NCBI GenBank assembly: GCA_024225875.1
Contig: JAAEMD010000027.1
Span: forward strand, 1 to 34,606
Length of the DNA: 34,606 nt
Direction of reading: 5' to 3'
Source: a bacterium
GTDB lineage: Bacteria; Margulisbacteria; Marinamargulisbacteria; JAAEMD01
Part shown: positions 1 to 8,283 of the stretch, in pieces
Numbering within the stretch: the first letter of the stretch is position 1
How the letters are laid out: every line of letters starts with the position of its first letter
Translations under genes and position numbers: made by a program
Notes under the pieces: model-generated
The model's input: the letters and a program-made list of their open reading frames with translations, nothing else
Told to the model about the DNA's origin: nothing
The model's database searches: none

Positions 1-20
1 AAAACACTTTTTTATTTTTT

Positions 21-797
21 TTGACATTATTATGTGTCTTTTTTTTAGTTCCTGATAAAAACTTCGCTCTCCGCTCTGTCTATGAAGAGGTTACAGAACC
101 TGCAATAAATATTTCTCTACAGTCAATGCGTGCACATCAAATTCAAATGACTAACTATCTAATGTATACCTTGAACGCTAATACTCCTGGATATATAGAG
201 ACAGGTATATTTAATATAAGATCCAAAGATAAGAATATACATCCTGCTCCATTCGTAAGATGGAGGACCGGTCCGCCTATAGAAACAGGGCGGGATCTGG
301 ATTTCTATTGTGATTCAAACGGAATGGGTTTTTTCACTGTCCGATTACCTGGAAATAATAGAGGCTACACAAGAGACGGCAGATTTACACTCAACAGCAA
401 AAACCAGCTGGTAATGTTATCAGGTGATTTTCCTGTAGTCGGTGAAGCTGGAAATATATTTATACCGGAAGGTTCAACTGTAACAGTAACACCATCCGGG
501 GTTATTTTTGCTGATGGCGAACCGGTAGATAAAATGAAAGTAACTGTCTTTACAGCTGAAGGAAGGGAACGTCTTGTAGGTGTTACCGGGGTATTATGGG
601 TATCTGACGGGGATCCCTTGACCGTAGACTCAACTAACAGATATAAAGTACGTCAATGGCATATAGAACAGAATAATGTGTTAAAATCTATTCAGGGCGA
701 TATTTCTCTTTGTAAATATACTTATGAAGCAACAGCGAAAATAGCCCGGGCCATTACAAAAAGTATGAACTCTGCTATTCAATTAGGCAACCCTTAA
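21..797 (+). CDS. flgF: Flagellar basal-body rod protein, FlgF/FlgG family (paralog 1; 5' end uncertain)
   Basis: The N-terminal rod motif TLNANTPGYIE and the C-terminal HIEQNNV...YEATAKIARAI segment are typical of FlgF/FlgG. It is the first gene in a flgF-flgG-flgA-flgH-flgI order. There is no in-frame ATG before the conserved domain. TTG at 21 is the only candidate start, and codons 3-20 upstream have no stop, so the gene may begin left of the window. Confidence 0.7.
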   Translation: MTLLCVFFLVPDKNFALRSVYEEVTEPAINISLQSMRAHQIQMTNYLMYTLNANTPGYIETGIFNIRSKDKNIHPAPFVRWRTGPPIETGRDLDFYCDSNGMGFFTVRLPGNNRGYTRDGRFTLNSKNQLVMLSGDFPVVGEAGNIFIPEGSTVTVTPSGVIFADGEPVDKMKVTVFTAEGRERLVGVTGVLWVSDGDPLTVDSTNRYKVRQWHIEQNNVLKSIQGDISLCKYTYEATAKIARAITKSMNSAIQLGNP

Positions 798-868
798 TTA
801 CTAATGTTTGAAGTTTTTAAAAGTGGGAATATATTAAAAAACATATTTAAGATCAGGAGCAATATCTA

Positions 869-1684
869 ATGTTACCACAGTATCATATGTCCAAGTCTCT
901 ACAATTTTCCATGCAGCGAAGAATGCAGGTTATTTTGAGTAATGTTGCTAACGCCCATACGGTTGGATATAAAAGAAAAGATCTTGAGCTGGAAAATCTT
1001 TTCCCCAGAGATATGGAAACGGTTGTTGAAAAATATCATAAGAGAAGTAAAGACAAGTGGGAACTATGGGATAAACAAACAGATATGATGGAGTATGGAA
1101 CAGGAACAAGGATCTCTCAGGTTTATCGACAGTTTAATGATGGAGCTATGGAAGTAACAAACCGCCCTTATGACCTTGCCATAGAAAATGGAAAAGGTAT
1201 GTTCCATTATAGAATGCCAAATGGTCAAAGTGCTTATAGCCGGGCTGGCAATTTAAAAATGGATAGTGAGGGTTTCCTGGTTGATCCCAACGGACACCCG
1301 CTTGAACCTGCAATAAGAATACCTGTAAATGCATCAGAAGTTATGATAAACCCTGAAGGACAGGTTCTTACAAAATTAGATAATGATAGAGAGTTCCGTC
1401 AAATAGGACAAATAACTCTTGTAAAGTTTAAAAAACCGGATGAACTTACTGAAATCGGACAAAATCTTTTTGCAGAAACTCCACTATCAGGAGAACCTGA
1501 GTTCATGCCGCCTGGAGAAGAAGGTATTGGACATATTAGACAGGGCTCTTTAGAATACTCAAACGTAAATATTATGGAATCAATGATAGAAATGCTTATA
1601 ACAACACGTTTATTCCAGGTAATAGGTGGTGCAATGGATGCCACTGCAAAAATAATTAAATATGGCGCTGATATAAAAGGTTAA
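869..1684 (+). CDS. Flagellar basal-body rod protein, FlgG-like (paralog 2)
   Basis: N-terminal motif SNVANAHTVGYKRK. The C-terminal LEYSNVNIMESMIEMLITTRLFQ matches the rod/hook C-terminal signature. AGGAG lies about 9 nt upstream of the ATG. Confidence 0.8.
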   Translation: MLPQYHMSKSLQFSMQRRMQVILSNVANAHTVGYKRKDLELENLFPRDMETVVEKYHKRSKDKWELWDKQTDMMEYGTGTRISQVYRQFNDGAMEVTNRPYDLAIENGKGMFHYRMPNGQSAYSRAGNLKMDSEGFLVDPNGHPLEPAIRIPVNASEVMINPEGQVLTKLDNDREFRQIGQITLVKFKKPDELTEIGQNLFAETPLSGEPEFMPPGEEGIGHIRQGSLEYSNVNIMESMIEMLITTRLFQVIGGAMDATAKIIKYGADIKG

Positions 1685-1800
1685 ATAAAAATAATTTTAT
1701 TATTAGTGCGATCTATTATTAAGGAAGTTAAATTCGCAGGCAGATTCGAGCAGGCGGTATGTATTTTAATAAATAAATCTTTAATAAAGGAGATTAACAA

Positions 1801-2598
1801 ATGATTTCACAGCTTCATATGGCCAAAACGACACTGATTGCATTTCAACAGAGTATGCAGGTTGTCGCTAATAATGTAGCCAATGCTCAAACCCCTGGTT
1901 ATAAGGGGCGTAGAATGGAATTCGAAACAATGTATCCCTTAACGTTCCAGCGTGCTATTACCGAGTTTGAAGAAGCTGCAGGCGGCCCAAGAAACAAGAG
2001 GCGTAAAGTTATGGAATACGGACAGGGTGTACGAATCGCTGCTGTTTCCAAGAACTTTGTTCAGGGAGCTATTGAAATCACTAACCAGCCATATGATATG
2101 GCTATTAGTGGACATGGTCTATTTCAGTTCCGTATGGCAGACGGAAGCATTGCTTACGGACGTGCAGGTAATTTACACCTGGATAGAGAAGGTAACTTTC
2201 TTAACAATAACGGACAACCGCTGGAACCTGCGGTAAGGGTTCCTGACGGAGCAACAGACATTATTGTGAACGACCAGGGCAGAGTATTTGTACAGGTAGG
2301 AACAGATTCTGCTCCAAGAGAAATCGGGCAGATTATTCTTGCACAGTTTCAAAATCCGGCAGGATTAAAAGAAATCGGACAAAATTTATATTTAGAAACA
2401 GATGCATCAGGCCCACCAAGACTTGAAAACCCAGGTAAGAATGGAGTTGGGAGTATTCAACACAAAGCGCTGGAATTTTCTAATGTAAATATCATAGATG
2501 AAATGATGTCTATGGTAATGATCCAGAGAATATTCGATGTTGCTGTCAAAGCTGTAAAAGCTACTGATGAGATTCTAAAAAAAGGTGGCGGATTTTAA
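1801..2598 (+). CDS. flgG: Flagellar distal rod protein FlgG
   Basis: N-terminal motif NNVANAQTPGYKGRR and C-terminal LEFSNVNIIDEMMSMVMIQRIFD. The 265-aa length is typical of FlgG. AAGGAG lies 8 nt upstream of the ATG. Confidence 0.85.
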   Translation: MISQLHMAKTTLIAFQQSMQVVANNVANAQTPGYKGRRMEFETMYPLTFQRAITEFEEAAGGPRNKRRKVMEYGQGVRIAAVSKNFVQGAIEITNQPYDMAISGHGLFQFRMADGSIAYGRAGNLHLDREGNFLNNNGQPLEPAVRVPDGATDIIVNDQGRVFVQVGTDSAPREIGQIILAQFQNPAGLKEIGQNLYLETDASGPPRLENPGKNGVGSIQHKALEFSNVNIIDEMMSMVMIQRIFDVAVKAVKATDEILKKGGGF

Positions 2599-2631
2599 AC
2601 ATCAGCTCAATTATTTTTTATAGTTACTAAG

Positions 2632-3357
2632 TTGCATAGCATATTTTCTACAATAATTATTATTATTTTCATATCTTCAGGTTTAGCTGCTGCAAAACCC
2701 GACAAAAGTGCTATTGCTGACTATATTAAAAAGCAGGTAATCAGGCAGGTTTTAGATAAAAACAGTCAATTTTCCAGCTCCGATATAAAAATAAGCATCC
2801 AGAACAAAGAAATATTAAAATATGTGCCAGAAAATACTGTAACCTGCAAACTGGATATAAGACCAAAAGCAAATTTACTGGGAAAAACTGTACTGCCTCT
2901 CTTATTTTACAGCCAAAAAAATAATTTACTCAAAAAAACAAGCGTTATTATTAATACTAATGCTTATACAAATTTTGCCAGAACTACAAAAACAATAAAG
3001 CGTGGTACAGTCTTATCCAGAGAACATATAGTATTTAAATACGAGCCCTTTTATGGAAAACCTGTTAACTGCCTTTTAAAAACAGAAGATATAATCGGTA
3101 AAGAAGCTTTTTCTACAATACCAAAAAATGCTTTAATAACAGAATGGCTCATCAGAGATATTCCTGACATAAGAAGTAATGATAAAATTACTATTGTCTT
3201 GAATAAAAACAATTTAGAACTCCGTGTAGGAGGTATTGCTCTGGAAAACGGTTATATAGGAGATAACATACGTATCAGAACTACTTTAAAAGAAAGAAAA
3301 TTATTAGAAGGTACAATAATAGCACCACAGTGTGTTAAGATTTTTATGGTAAACTAA
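2632..3357 (+). CDS. flgA: Flagellar P-ring assembly chaperone FlgA
   Basis: Sec signal peptide (IIIIIFISSGLAAA). SAF-like segment IKRGTVLSREHI and C-terminal DKITIV...LELRVGGIALENGYIGDNIRIR pattern. It sits between flgG and flgH. TTG start with no clear SD. Confidence 0.7.
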   Translation: MHSIFSTIIIIIFISSGLAAAKPDKSAIADYIKKQVIRQVLDKNSQFSSSDIKISIQNKEILKYVPENTVTCKLDIRPKANLLGKTVLPLLFYSQKNNLLKKTSVIINTNAYTNFARTTKTIKRGTVLSREHIVFKYEPFYGKPVNCLLKTEDIIGKEAFSTIPKNALITEWLIRDIPDIRSNDKITIVLNKNNLELRVGGIALENGYIGDNIRIRTTLKERKLLEGTIIAPQCVKIFMVN

Positions 3358-3366
3358 TATCATATT

Positions 3367-3984
3367 ATGAAAAAAACAATATTTATTTTTTTACTGGCCC
3401 TCATATTTTCAGTTTATACAGTAAACTGCATAACTGCGGATTCTCTCTGGCACCAATCCCAGGGAGCTATGTACAGCACCCATAAAAAAGAAGTTCGTGT
3501 AGGAGACATTATAACCATTTATATTTCAGAAAGTTCTTCTGCAGTCCAGGAAGCATCAACAAGAACACAAAAACAGTCACAAATGTCATCAAACTTCTTA
3601 AGCAACTGGGATCAGATAGCAAATATACTGGGTAATGATACAATAAGAAAAAGACATGAACTGGACATACAGGGTGAAGATGAGTACCAGGGTCTTGGAC
3701 AAACGACCAGAAAAAGCAGTGTTAAAGCTGTTATATCTGCAATCGTAACTGAGATTCTTGATAGCGGCAATATCTATATAGTCGGTGAACATAAGGTAAA
3801 AGTAAATGACGAGGTAGAAACAATAAGAGTGTCCGGAATTATCCGTCCCGGCGATATTCAATCAAACAACAGCGTTTATTCCTATCAAATTGCTAAAGCT
3901 GAAGTCTCTGTAAACGGGGCTGGGGTTGTGGGTTCCAAGCAAACGCCTGGCATATTAACTAAAATGTTTAACTGGTTATTTTAA
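3367..3984 (+). CDS. flgH: Flagellar L-ring protein FlgH
   Basis: Signal peptide ending in Cys (YTVNC). Core motifs VGDIITIYISE and IVGEHKVKVNDEVETIRVSGIIRPGDI are typical of FlgH. Confidence 0.85.
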   Translation: MKKTIFIFLLALIFSVYTVNCITADSLWHQSQGAMYSTHKKEVRVGDIITIYISESSSAVQEASTRTQKQSQMSSNFLSNWDQIANILGNDTIRKRHELDIQGEDEYQGLGQTTRKSSVKAVISAIVTEILDSGNIYIVGEHKVKVNDEVETIRVSGIIRPGDIQSNNSVYSYQIAKAEVSVNGAGVVGSKQTPGILTKMFNWLF

Positions 3985-3986
3985 TT

Positions 3987-5108
3987 ATGAGAAAAACTAC
4001 GTCTTTATTTTTATTAAAATTCCTGATCCTGTTAAACACTGTTTTATCAGGCCAGGATCTATCACCAGAGTCCACAACACAGTACCTGCCTGTCAGACTT
4101 AAAGATCTCGCCAGGATAGTAGAAGCCAGAGATAACCAGCTGCTGGGATTTGGCCTGGTTGTTGGATTACGTAACAGCGGTGATTCCAAAAACACTTCTT
4201 ACACGCATGCAGCATTAATAAATCTCCTTTCAAAACTGGGAGTTTCCCCGGGCAGCAGCCCTGATAACTCCAGAAACATTGCAGGTGTTATGGTCACAGC
4301 AACACTTCCACCATTCACAAAAAAAGGACAACGAATCACTGTAACAGTATCCTCTTTAGGAGACTGCACAAGTTTAGTCGGGGGAACTCTGTTATTAACT
4401 GAACTGAAAGGTGCGAATTTAAGGACATACGCCGTTGCTCAGGGGCCGATTCTGGTTGGAGGTATTTCTGAAAACACTGAAAACTACAAATTCTATAAGA
4501 ATCAAACAACTGTAGGAAGTGTCCCGGATGGAGGTATAGTGGAAAACGAGGTACCAATAACTTTCACAGATCAGCATAATATTACAATAGTACTTAACGA
4601 CTCCAACTTTATAACTGTGGCTCGTGCAACCAAAGCTATTCAACAAAGCAACTTCCCCAGTGCAAGAGCTATTGATGCAAATACAATAAAAATCCCGCTC
4701 ACAGATCTTGATTCAAGTGATCTGGTTAATACAATTGCAAAACTGGAAAATATTACGCTCGTACCTGACTCATCTGCGAAAATTATTATTAACTCCAAGA
4801 CAGGTACAGTAGTTATTGGAGAAATGGTACGGTTATTCCCTGTTGCACTGACACATGGAAATATTTCAGTAAAAATAAGCGAAGGATCTGGTGCTGGTAA
4901 TACACAGGCCGAGTTAGGTGCAGAAGTACTGGAGCCAGTACAAATAGAAGAAACTGAAAGCAAAATTATTTATCTGAGTCCCAGCTCAACATTATCCAGC
5001 CTTGTTAACGCCTTAAATGAAATTGGAGCAACACCGAAAGACCTGATTTCAATTATTCAAGCATTAAAAGAATCAGGCTCACTAATAGCAACGGTGGAAA
5101 TAATATGA
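3987..5108 (+). CDS. flgI: Flagellar P-ring protein FlgI
   Basis: Signal peptide followed by RLKDLARIVEARDNQLLGFGLVVGLRNSGDS, the hallmark FlgI N-terminus. Length 373 aa. Confidence 0.9.
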   Translation: MRKTTSLFLLKFLILLNTVLSGQDLSPESTTQYLPVRLKDLARIVEARDNQLLGFGLVVGLRNSGDSKNTSYTHAALINLLSKLGVSPGSSPDNSRNIAGVMVTATLPPFTKKGQRITVTVSSLGDCTSLVGGTLLLTELKGANLRTYAVAQGPILVGGISENTENYKFYKNQTTVGSVPDGGIVENEVPITFTDQHNITIVLNDSNFITVARATKAIQQSNFPSARAIDANTIKIPLTDLDSSDLVNTIAKLENITLVPDSSAKIIINSKTGTVVIGEMVRLFPVALTHGNISVKISEGSGAGNTQAELGAEVLEPVQIEETESKIIYLSPSSTLSSLVNALNEIGATPKDLISIIQALKESGSLIATVEII

Positions 5109-5494
5109 CAAATAAATACCTTTCATTTTTTATTTTTTTTATTAAAATATTATTAGCAGCCAATTTATCTGCTCAACAATTTGGAGGTTTAAGCGACTTG
5201 GATATATACAGACAATCAAAAAACTCAAATACCAATTATCGTCAAATGCCACCTGAAAAAATTCTGGAAAAAACAGAGGCCCATTTTATAAAAGAAATGT
5301 TCTTAAAAACAATATTCCAGATGAATAAAACAACTATGGGGTCAGATGAAAATGATCAGTTTTTTGCTGCTAATTCTGAATTAGTTAATGAGTTTTTGAT
5401 GGATGAGCTGGCTAAAGATCTTGCTGAGCAGGATATTTTAGGGTTTAAAAAAGCTTTTTTAAAAAGATATAAAAATAGAGAGTCAGCAAAATAA
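5105..5494 (+). CDS. Rod-binding protein (FlgJ N-terminal domain-like, no muramidase domain)
   Basis: EAHFIKEMFLKTIFQM and ...LAEQDILGFKKAFLKRY resemble the Rod_binding (FlgJ N-terminal) pattern FE..F...ML..M ... G.A. The ATGA overlap with the flgI stop suggests translational coupling. The N-terminus looks like a Sec signal (LLAANLSA/QQ). Confidence 0.6.
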   Translation: MTNKYLSFFIFFIKILLAANLSAQQFGGLSDLDIYRQSKNSNTNYRQMPPEKILEKTEAHFIKEMFLKTIFQMNKTTMGSDENDQFFAANSELVNEFLMDELAKDLAEQDILGFKKAFLKRYKNRESAK

Positions 5495-5522
5495 TTTATA
5501 TATTGAATAAAGGACAATTTCC

Positions 5523-6269
5523 GTGAAAAAAGAAAGTGTAAATTTAGATATAAAAAAACTACAACAAACAGAAGCTCTGAGTGTGAAGGAAAATGACGTC
5601 ATTCCTGAAGAGGTTGTTGCTGAAAATATGTCTCTTGTAGAGTCAATAGCAGCTTCCATTTATGGCAGAGGCGCTCTGCCTACAGGAATAGAGTTCCGTG
5701 ATTTAGTAAGCTGGGGGGTAGAAGGCCTTATTAAGGCCTATAAAAGATTTGATGCTGAAAAAGGTTCTAAATTTAAAACTTATGCTTACTATCGTATCAG
5801 AGGTGAAATTTTCGACAATATAAGATCTGAATGGCAATACAGAAACCCCAGTGATTACAATGAGTTTCGACGCCATGTCCAGGAAAAAATTGCCGAGATA
5901 ACTGAAGAGGCGCTAAATAATCCCAATACTTTTTCAGCCGATTCACTTGAAGATTCAATAAATAATATAATTGCAAACTCATCTTTTGTTTGTATAATTT
6001 CTCTTGAGAGCTTAGGCGATACTGAGGCAGGTGTATCAGATGACCTGGAACAAGATTTTTTCACTTCTGAAAAAGAAAATATTTTATGGAATGAGATAAA
6101 CAGTTTATCCAGAGAAGAACAGATATTAATAAAATTATTTTATTTAGAAAATGTAAAACAAAAGGAAATTGCAAAAATATTAAAATGGTCCAAGAGTAAA
6201 GTTTGCCGGGCTCATATGAACATATTAAAAAAGTTGAGAAACAAAATCCAGAAAAAGCTGAAGGACTGA
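5523..6269 (+). CDS. fliA: Flagellar sigma factor FliA (sigma-28 family)
   Basis: Sigma-70 region 2 (FKTYAYYRIRGEIFDNIR) and a region 4 helix-turn-helix (QKEIAKILKWSKSKVCRAHMNILKKLR). About 248 aa, which is group-3 sigma size. It is embedded in the flagellar cluster. GTG start with AAAGGA upstream. Confidence 0.8.
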   Translation: MKKESVNLDIKKLQQTEALSVKENDVIPEEVVAENMSLVESIAASIYGRGALPTGIEFRDLVSWGVEGLIKAYKRFDAEKGSKFKTYAYYRIRGEIFDNIRSEWQYRNPSDYNEFRRHVQEKIAEITEEALNNPNTFSADSLEDSINNIIANSSFVCIISLESLGDTEAGVSDDLEQDFFTSEKENILWNEINSLSREEQILIKLFYLENVKQKEIAKILKWSKSKVCRAHMNILKKLRNKIQKKLKD

Positions 6270-6533
6270 TCAATCCCCACACATCATTTGCAAATTTTTG
6301 AAAAATATTTTTTATCTTATGCTTTTTGCAAATAGTATTGATTTCATTAATGGCGCTGTCGAAAAACTACCTTCTTCAAAAACCGAAGAAAATGGTTTAG
6401 AAAAACAGGGGCTTAAAATGACCGTTAGCGGCAATATCAATGCTAATGAATCGTCCGAAGACACTTCAAAAAACACCAATTTTGAAAATCAGTCTATTTT
6501 GCGACAGTCCCATATTGTATAATACCCGACCCT

Positions 6534-6562
6534 TTGGCTAACATATCAAAATGCTGTATAAT
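6534..6562 (+). promoter_or_regulatory. Candidate sigma-70-type promoter for flgB (TTGGCT-17 nt-TATAAT)
   Basis: TTGGCT at 6534-6539, a 17-nt spacer, then TATAAT at 6557-6562 preceded by TG. ATG 6570 lies 7 nt after the -10 box and has no SD, which is compatible with a leaderless transcript. Motif-only call. Confidence 0.3.
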
Positions 6563-6569
6563 ATTTTAT

Positions 6570-6998
6570 ATGTTGAAAACAAAATTTTATTTTATTTTTG
6601 TAATATTTTTCATTATTTCTATATCTTTTAATAATTTTTCTCTTGCCCAGAACACATTTACACCATCATCTGAAACTAATTTTGCTGAAAACATCCTTTT
6701 TGATGATACAATGTCCAACCTGAAAAAGGCTATTCTCCATGCCAGCAAAAAACAGTCTCTCTATGCTTACAATATATCAAATGCTACAACACCTGAGTTT
6801 AACCCTGTTCTAGAACAGGATGAATACAGACAGCTGGCAAGCATACTGCCTCCTGGCGAAGAAAATAACAGAAAAGTAATGATGGAGTTTATTTTGACTA
6901 AAATGTCAGAAAACAGATTAAAATATAATGCCTACTTCAGCTTACAGAAAAAAAAGTTTGAAATTCTCAGGCAGGTAGCCACACAAGGGAAAAAATAA
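6570..6998 (+). CDS. flgB: Flagellar proximal rod protein FlgB (with N-terminal hydrophobic extension)
   Basis: SLYAYNISNATTPEF matches the FlgB N-motif (NIAN..TPGY), and the C-terminal MSENRLKYNAYFSLQKKKFEILRQV matches the FlgB tail. The start is placed at the first in-frame ATG (6570). The track ORF opens at TTG 6534, and an internal ATG at 6711 is the alternative. Confidence 0.75.
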   Translation: MLKTKFYFIFVIFFIISISFNNFSLAQNTFTPSSETNFAENILFDDTMSNLKKAILHASKKQSLYAYNISNATTPEFNPVLEQDEYRQLASILPPGEENNRKVMMEFILTKMSENRLKYNAYFSLQKKKFEILRQVATQGKK

Positions 6999-6999
6999 G

Positions 7000-7467
7000 A
7001 TGATAAATATAAAGAAGTTAGTTTTACTATTATTAGTTTTTACTTTATCTACCATCATAACAAGTCAAATTTACTCACAGGGCCTTGTGGATAGTTTTGA
7101 TATTACTACCTCAGGTATAATTGTCCAGAAAATGAGATTGAATGTCATTGCTGAAAACGTTGCTAACATTACAACACTAAGAGATGAAGAAACCGGAGTC
7201 CCCTACCAGAAAAGATTTGTCGTACTACGTCCATCAGAAAAAGGTGTTCAAATCGAAAGCATTGAAAAAAGCACAGAACCTTTTGGTAAATACTTTGATC
7301 CTTCATACCCTGGAACAGATTCAGACGGATATTATTATTATCCAAATATCAGCCTTCCTGATGAGATGGTTAATCTGAATTATACTGAAATGGTATATGA
7401 AGCTAATGTATCTGTGTTTAAATCATCAAAAGCAATGTATCAGCAAGCATTAGACATAATAAAATAG
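7000..7467 (+). CDS. flgC: Flagellar proximal rod protein FlgC (with N-terminal hydrophobic extension)
   Basis: SFDITTSGIIVQKMRLNVIAENVANITT equals the canonical FlgC N-terminus. C-terminal motif LPDEMVNLNYTEMVYEANVSVFKSSKAMYQQALDI. ATG 7000 lies 1 nt after the flgB stop. An alternative GTG at 7087 would give a canonical-length protein. Confidence 0.8.
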   Translation: MINIKKLVLLLLVFTLSTIITSQIYSQGLVDSFDITTSGIIVQKMRLNVIAENVANITTLRDEETGVPYQKRFVVLRPSEKGVQIESIEKSTEPFGKYFDPSYPGTDSDGYYYYPNISLPDEMVNLNYTEMVYEANVSVFKSSKAMYQQALDIIK

Positions 7468-7476
7468 GGGTTTTGA

Positions 7477-8235
7477 ATGTCATCTTTAAAAAACATGGAA
7501 TCAATTAATACTATCAAAAAAATTATTAATTCGGATAAATCATCACTAAAAAATAATACTGCAGCTACTGCCACTCCATTTAATACCTTTCTGGACAATG
7601 CTATTAACCCCAGTAAGCAGAACTCATTACTAAATTCTAATATCCTGGCTCCTGATAAATATACACAGGTACAGCAGGCTGCTAACTTTGCACAGGCCAT
7701 AGCTAAAGATGAGCTGGACAAAAAATATAAAAAAATAATTAAAGAAACAGATGATCTTCTGGCTCAAATCATACCAGATCAAGAGATCAGCAAAAACCCT
7801 TCTACTCAAATTGCACAGGCTTTTCCAAATAACCCGGATATAACTCCTTTTACAAGAGCCACAGACATCTCTGAAGATTTAGTCGCTCAAGCGTTCCCAG
7901 ATCCTGCAACAACAACAAGAAGAGCCCCTCTGCAGCCAAGAGTACCTTTAGAGGAACTAACAGCAGAGAATGTTAACATAGCTACTCCCGGCACAAATAA
8001 ACTTGATACAACACCTTTCCAGTTTTTTATGGATAAAGCTGTTGAAGCCCTGGAAGGAGTTAGTGAAATAGAATTAAGGGTAAACGATTTAATGGATAAG
8101 TATATAGAAGGAAAGGTTTCAATTGAAGAAGTATCTATTGAAACTGCTAAGCTGACACTCGCTATTTCTTTTGCTACAACTGTAATAACACAAACAACTC
8201 AAACATTTAAGGAAATTCAAGGAATGCAGGTATAA
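7477..8235 (+). CDS. fliE: Flagellar hook-basal body protein FliE (long N-terminal extension)
   Basis: The last 85 aa or so (FQFFMDKAVEALEGVSEIE...TFKEIQGMQV) match the FliE domain, including the characteristic ...MQV C-terminus. At 252 aa it is about 2.5 times the usual FliE length. Confidence 0.7.
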   Translation: MSSLKNMESINTIKKIINSDKSSLKNNTAATATPFNTFLDNAINPSKQNSLLNSNILAPDKYTQVQQAANFAQAIAKDELDKKYKKIIKETDDLLAQIIPDQEISKNPSTQIAQAFPNNPDITPFTRATDISEDLVAQAFPDPATTTRRAPLQPRVPLEELTAENVNIATPGTNKLDTTPFQFFMDKAVEALEGVSEIELRVNDLMDKYIEGKVSIEEVSIETAKLTLAISFATTVITQTTQTFKEIQGMQV

Positions 8236-8283
8236 TTACTGACTTTCAGCATATATGTAATTAATTATTTAAGGATTAAATAA

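Noticed and set aside
6317-6330. Sigma-54-like promoter (TTATGC-N-TTGCA)
   Set aside because: It lacks the invariant GG of the -24 element, and its spacing does not fit GG-N10-GC.
6298-6522. 74-codon ORF after fliA as a possible anti-sigma-28 factor FlgM
   Set aside because: It has a TTG start and no SD. I could not recognise any C-terminal amphipathic sigma-28-binding helix pattern. Its composition looks like translated AT-rich spacer. It is kept only as a note inside the gap finding.
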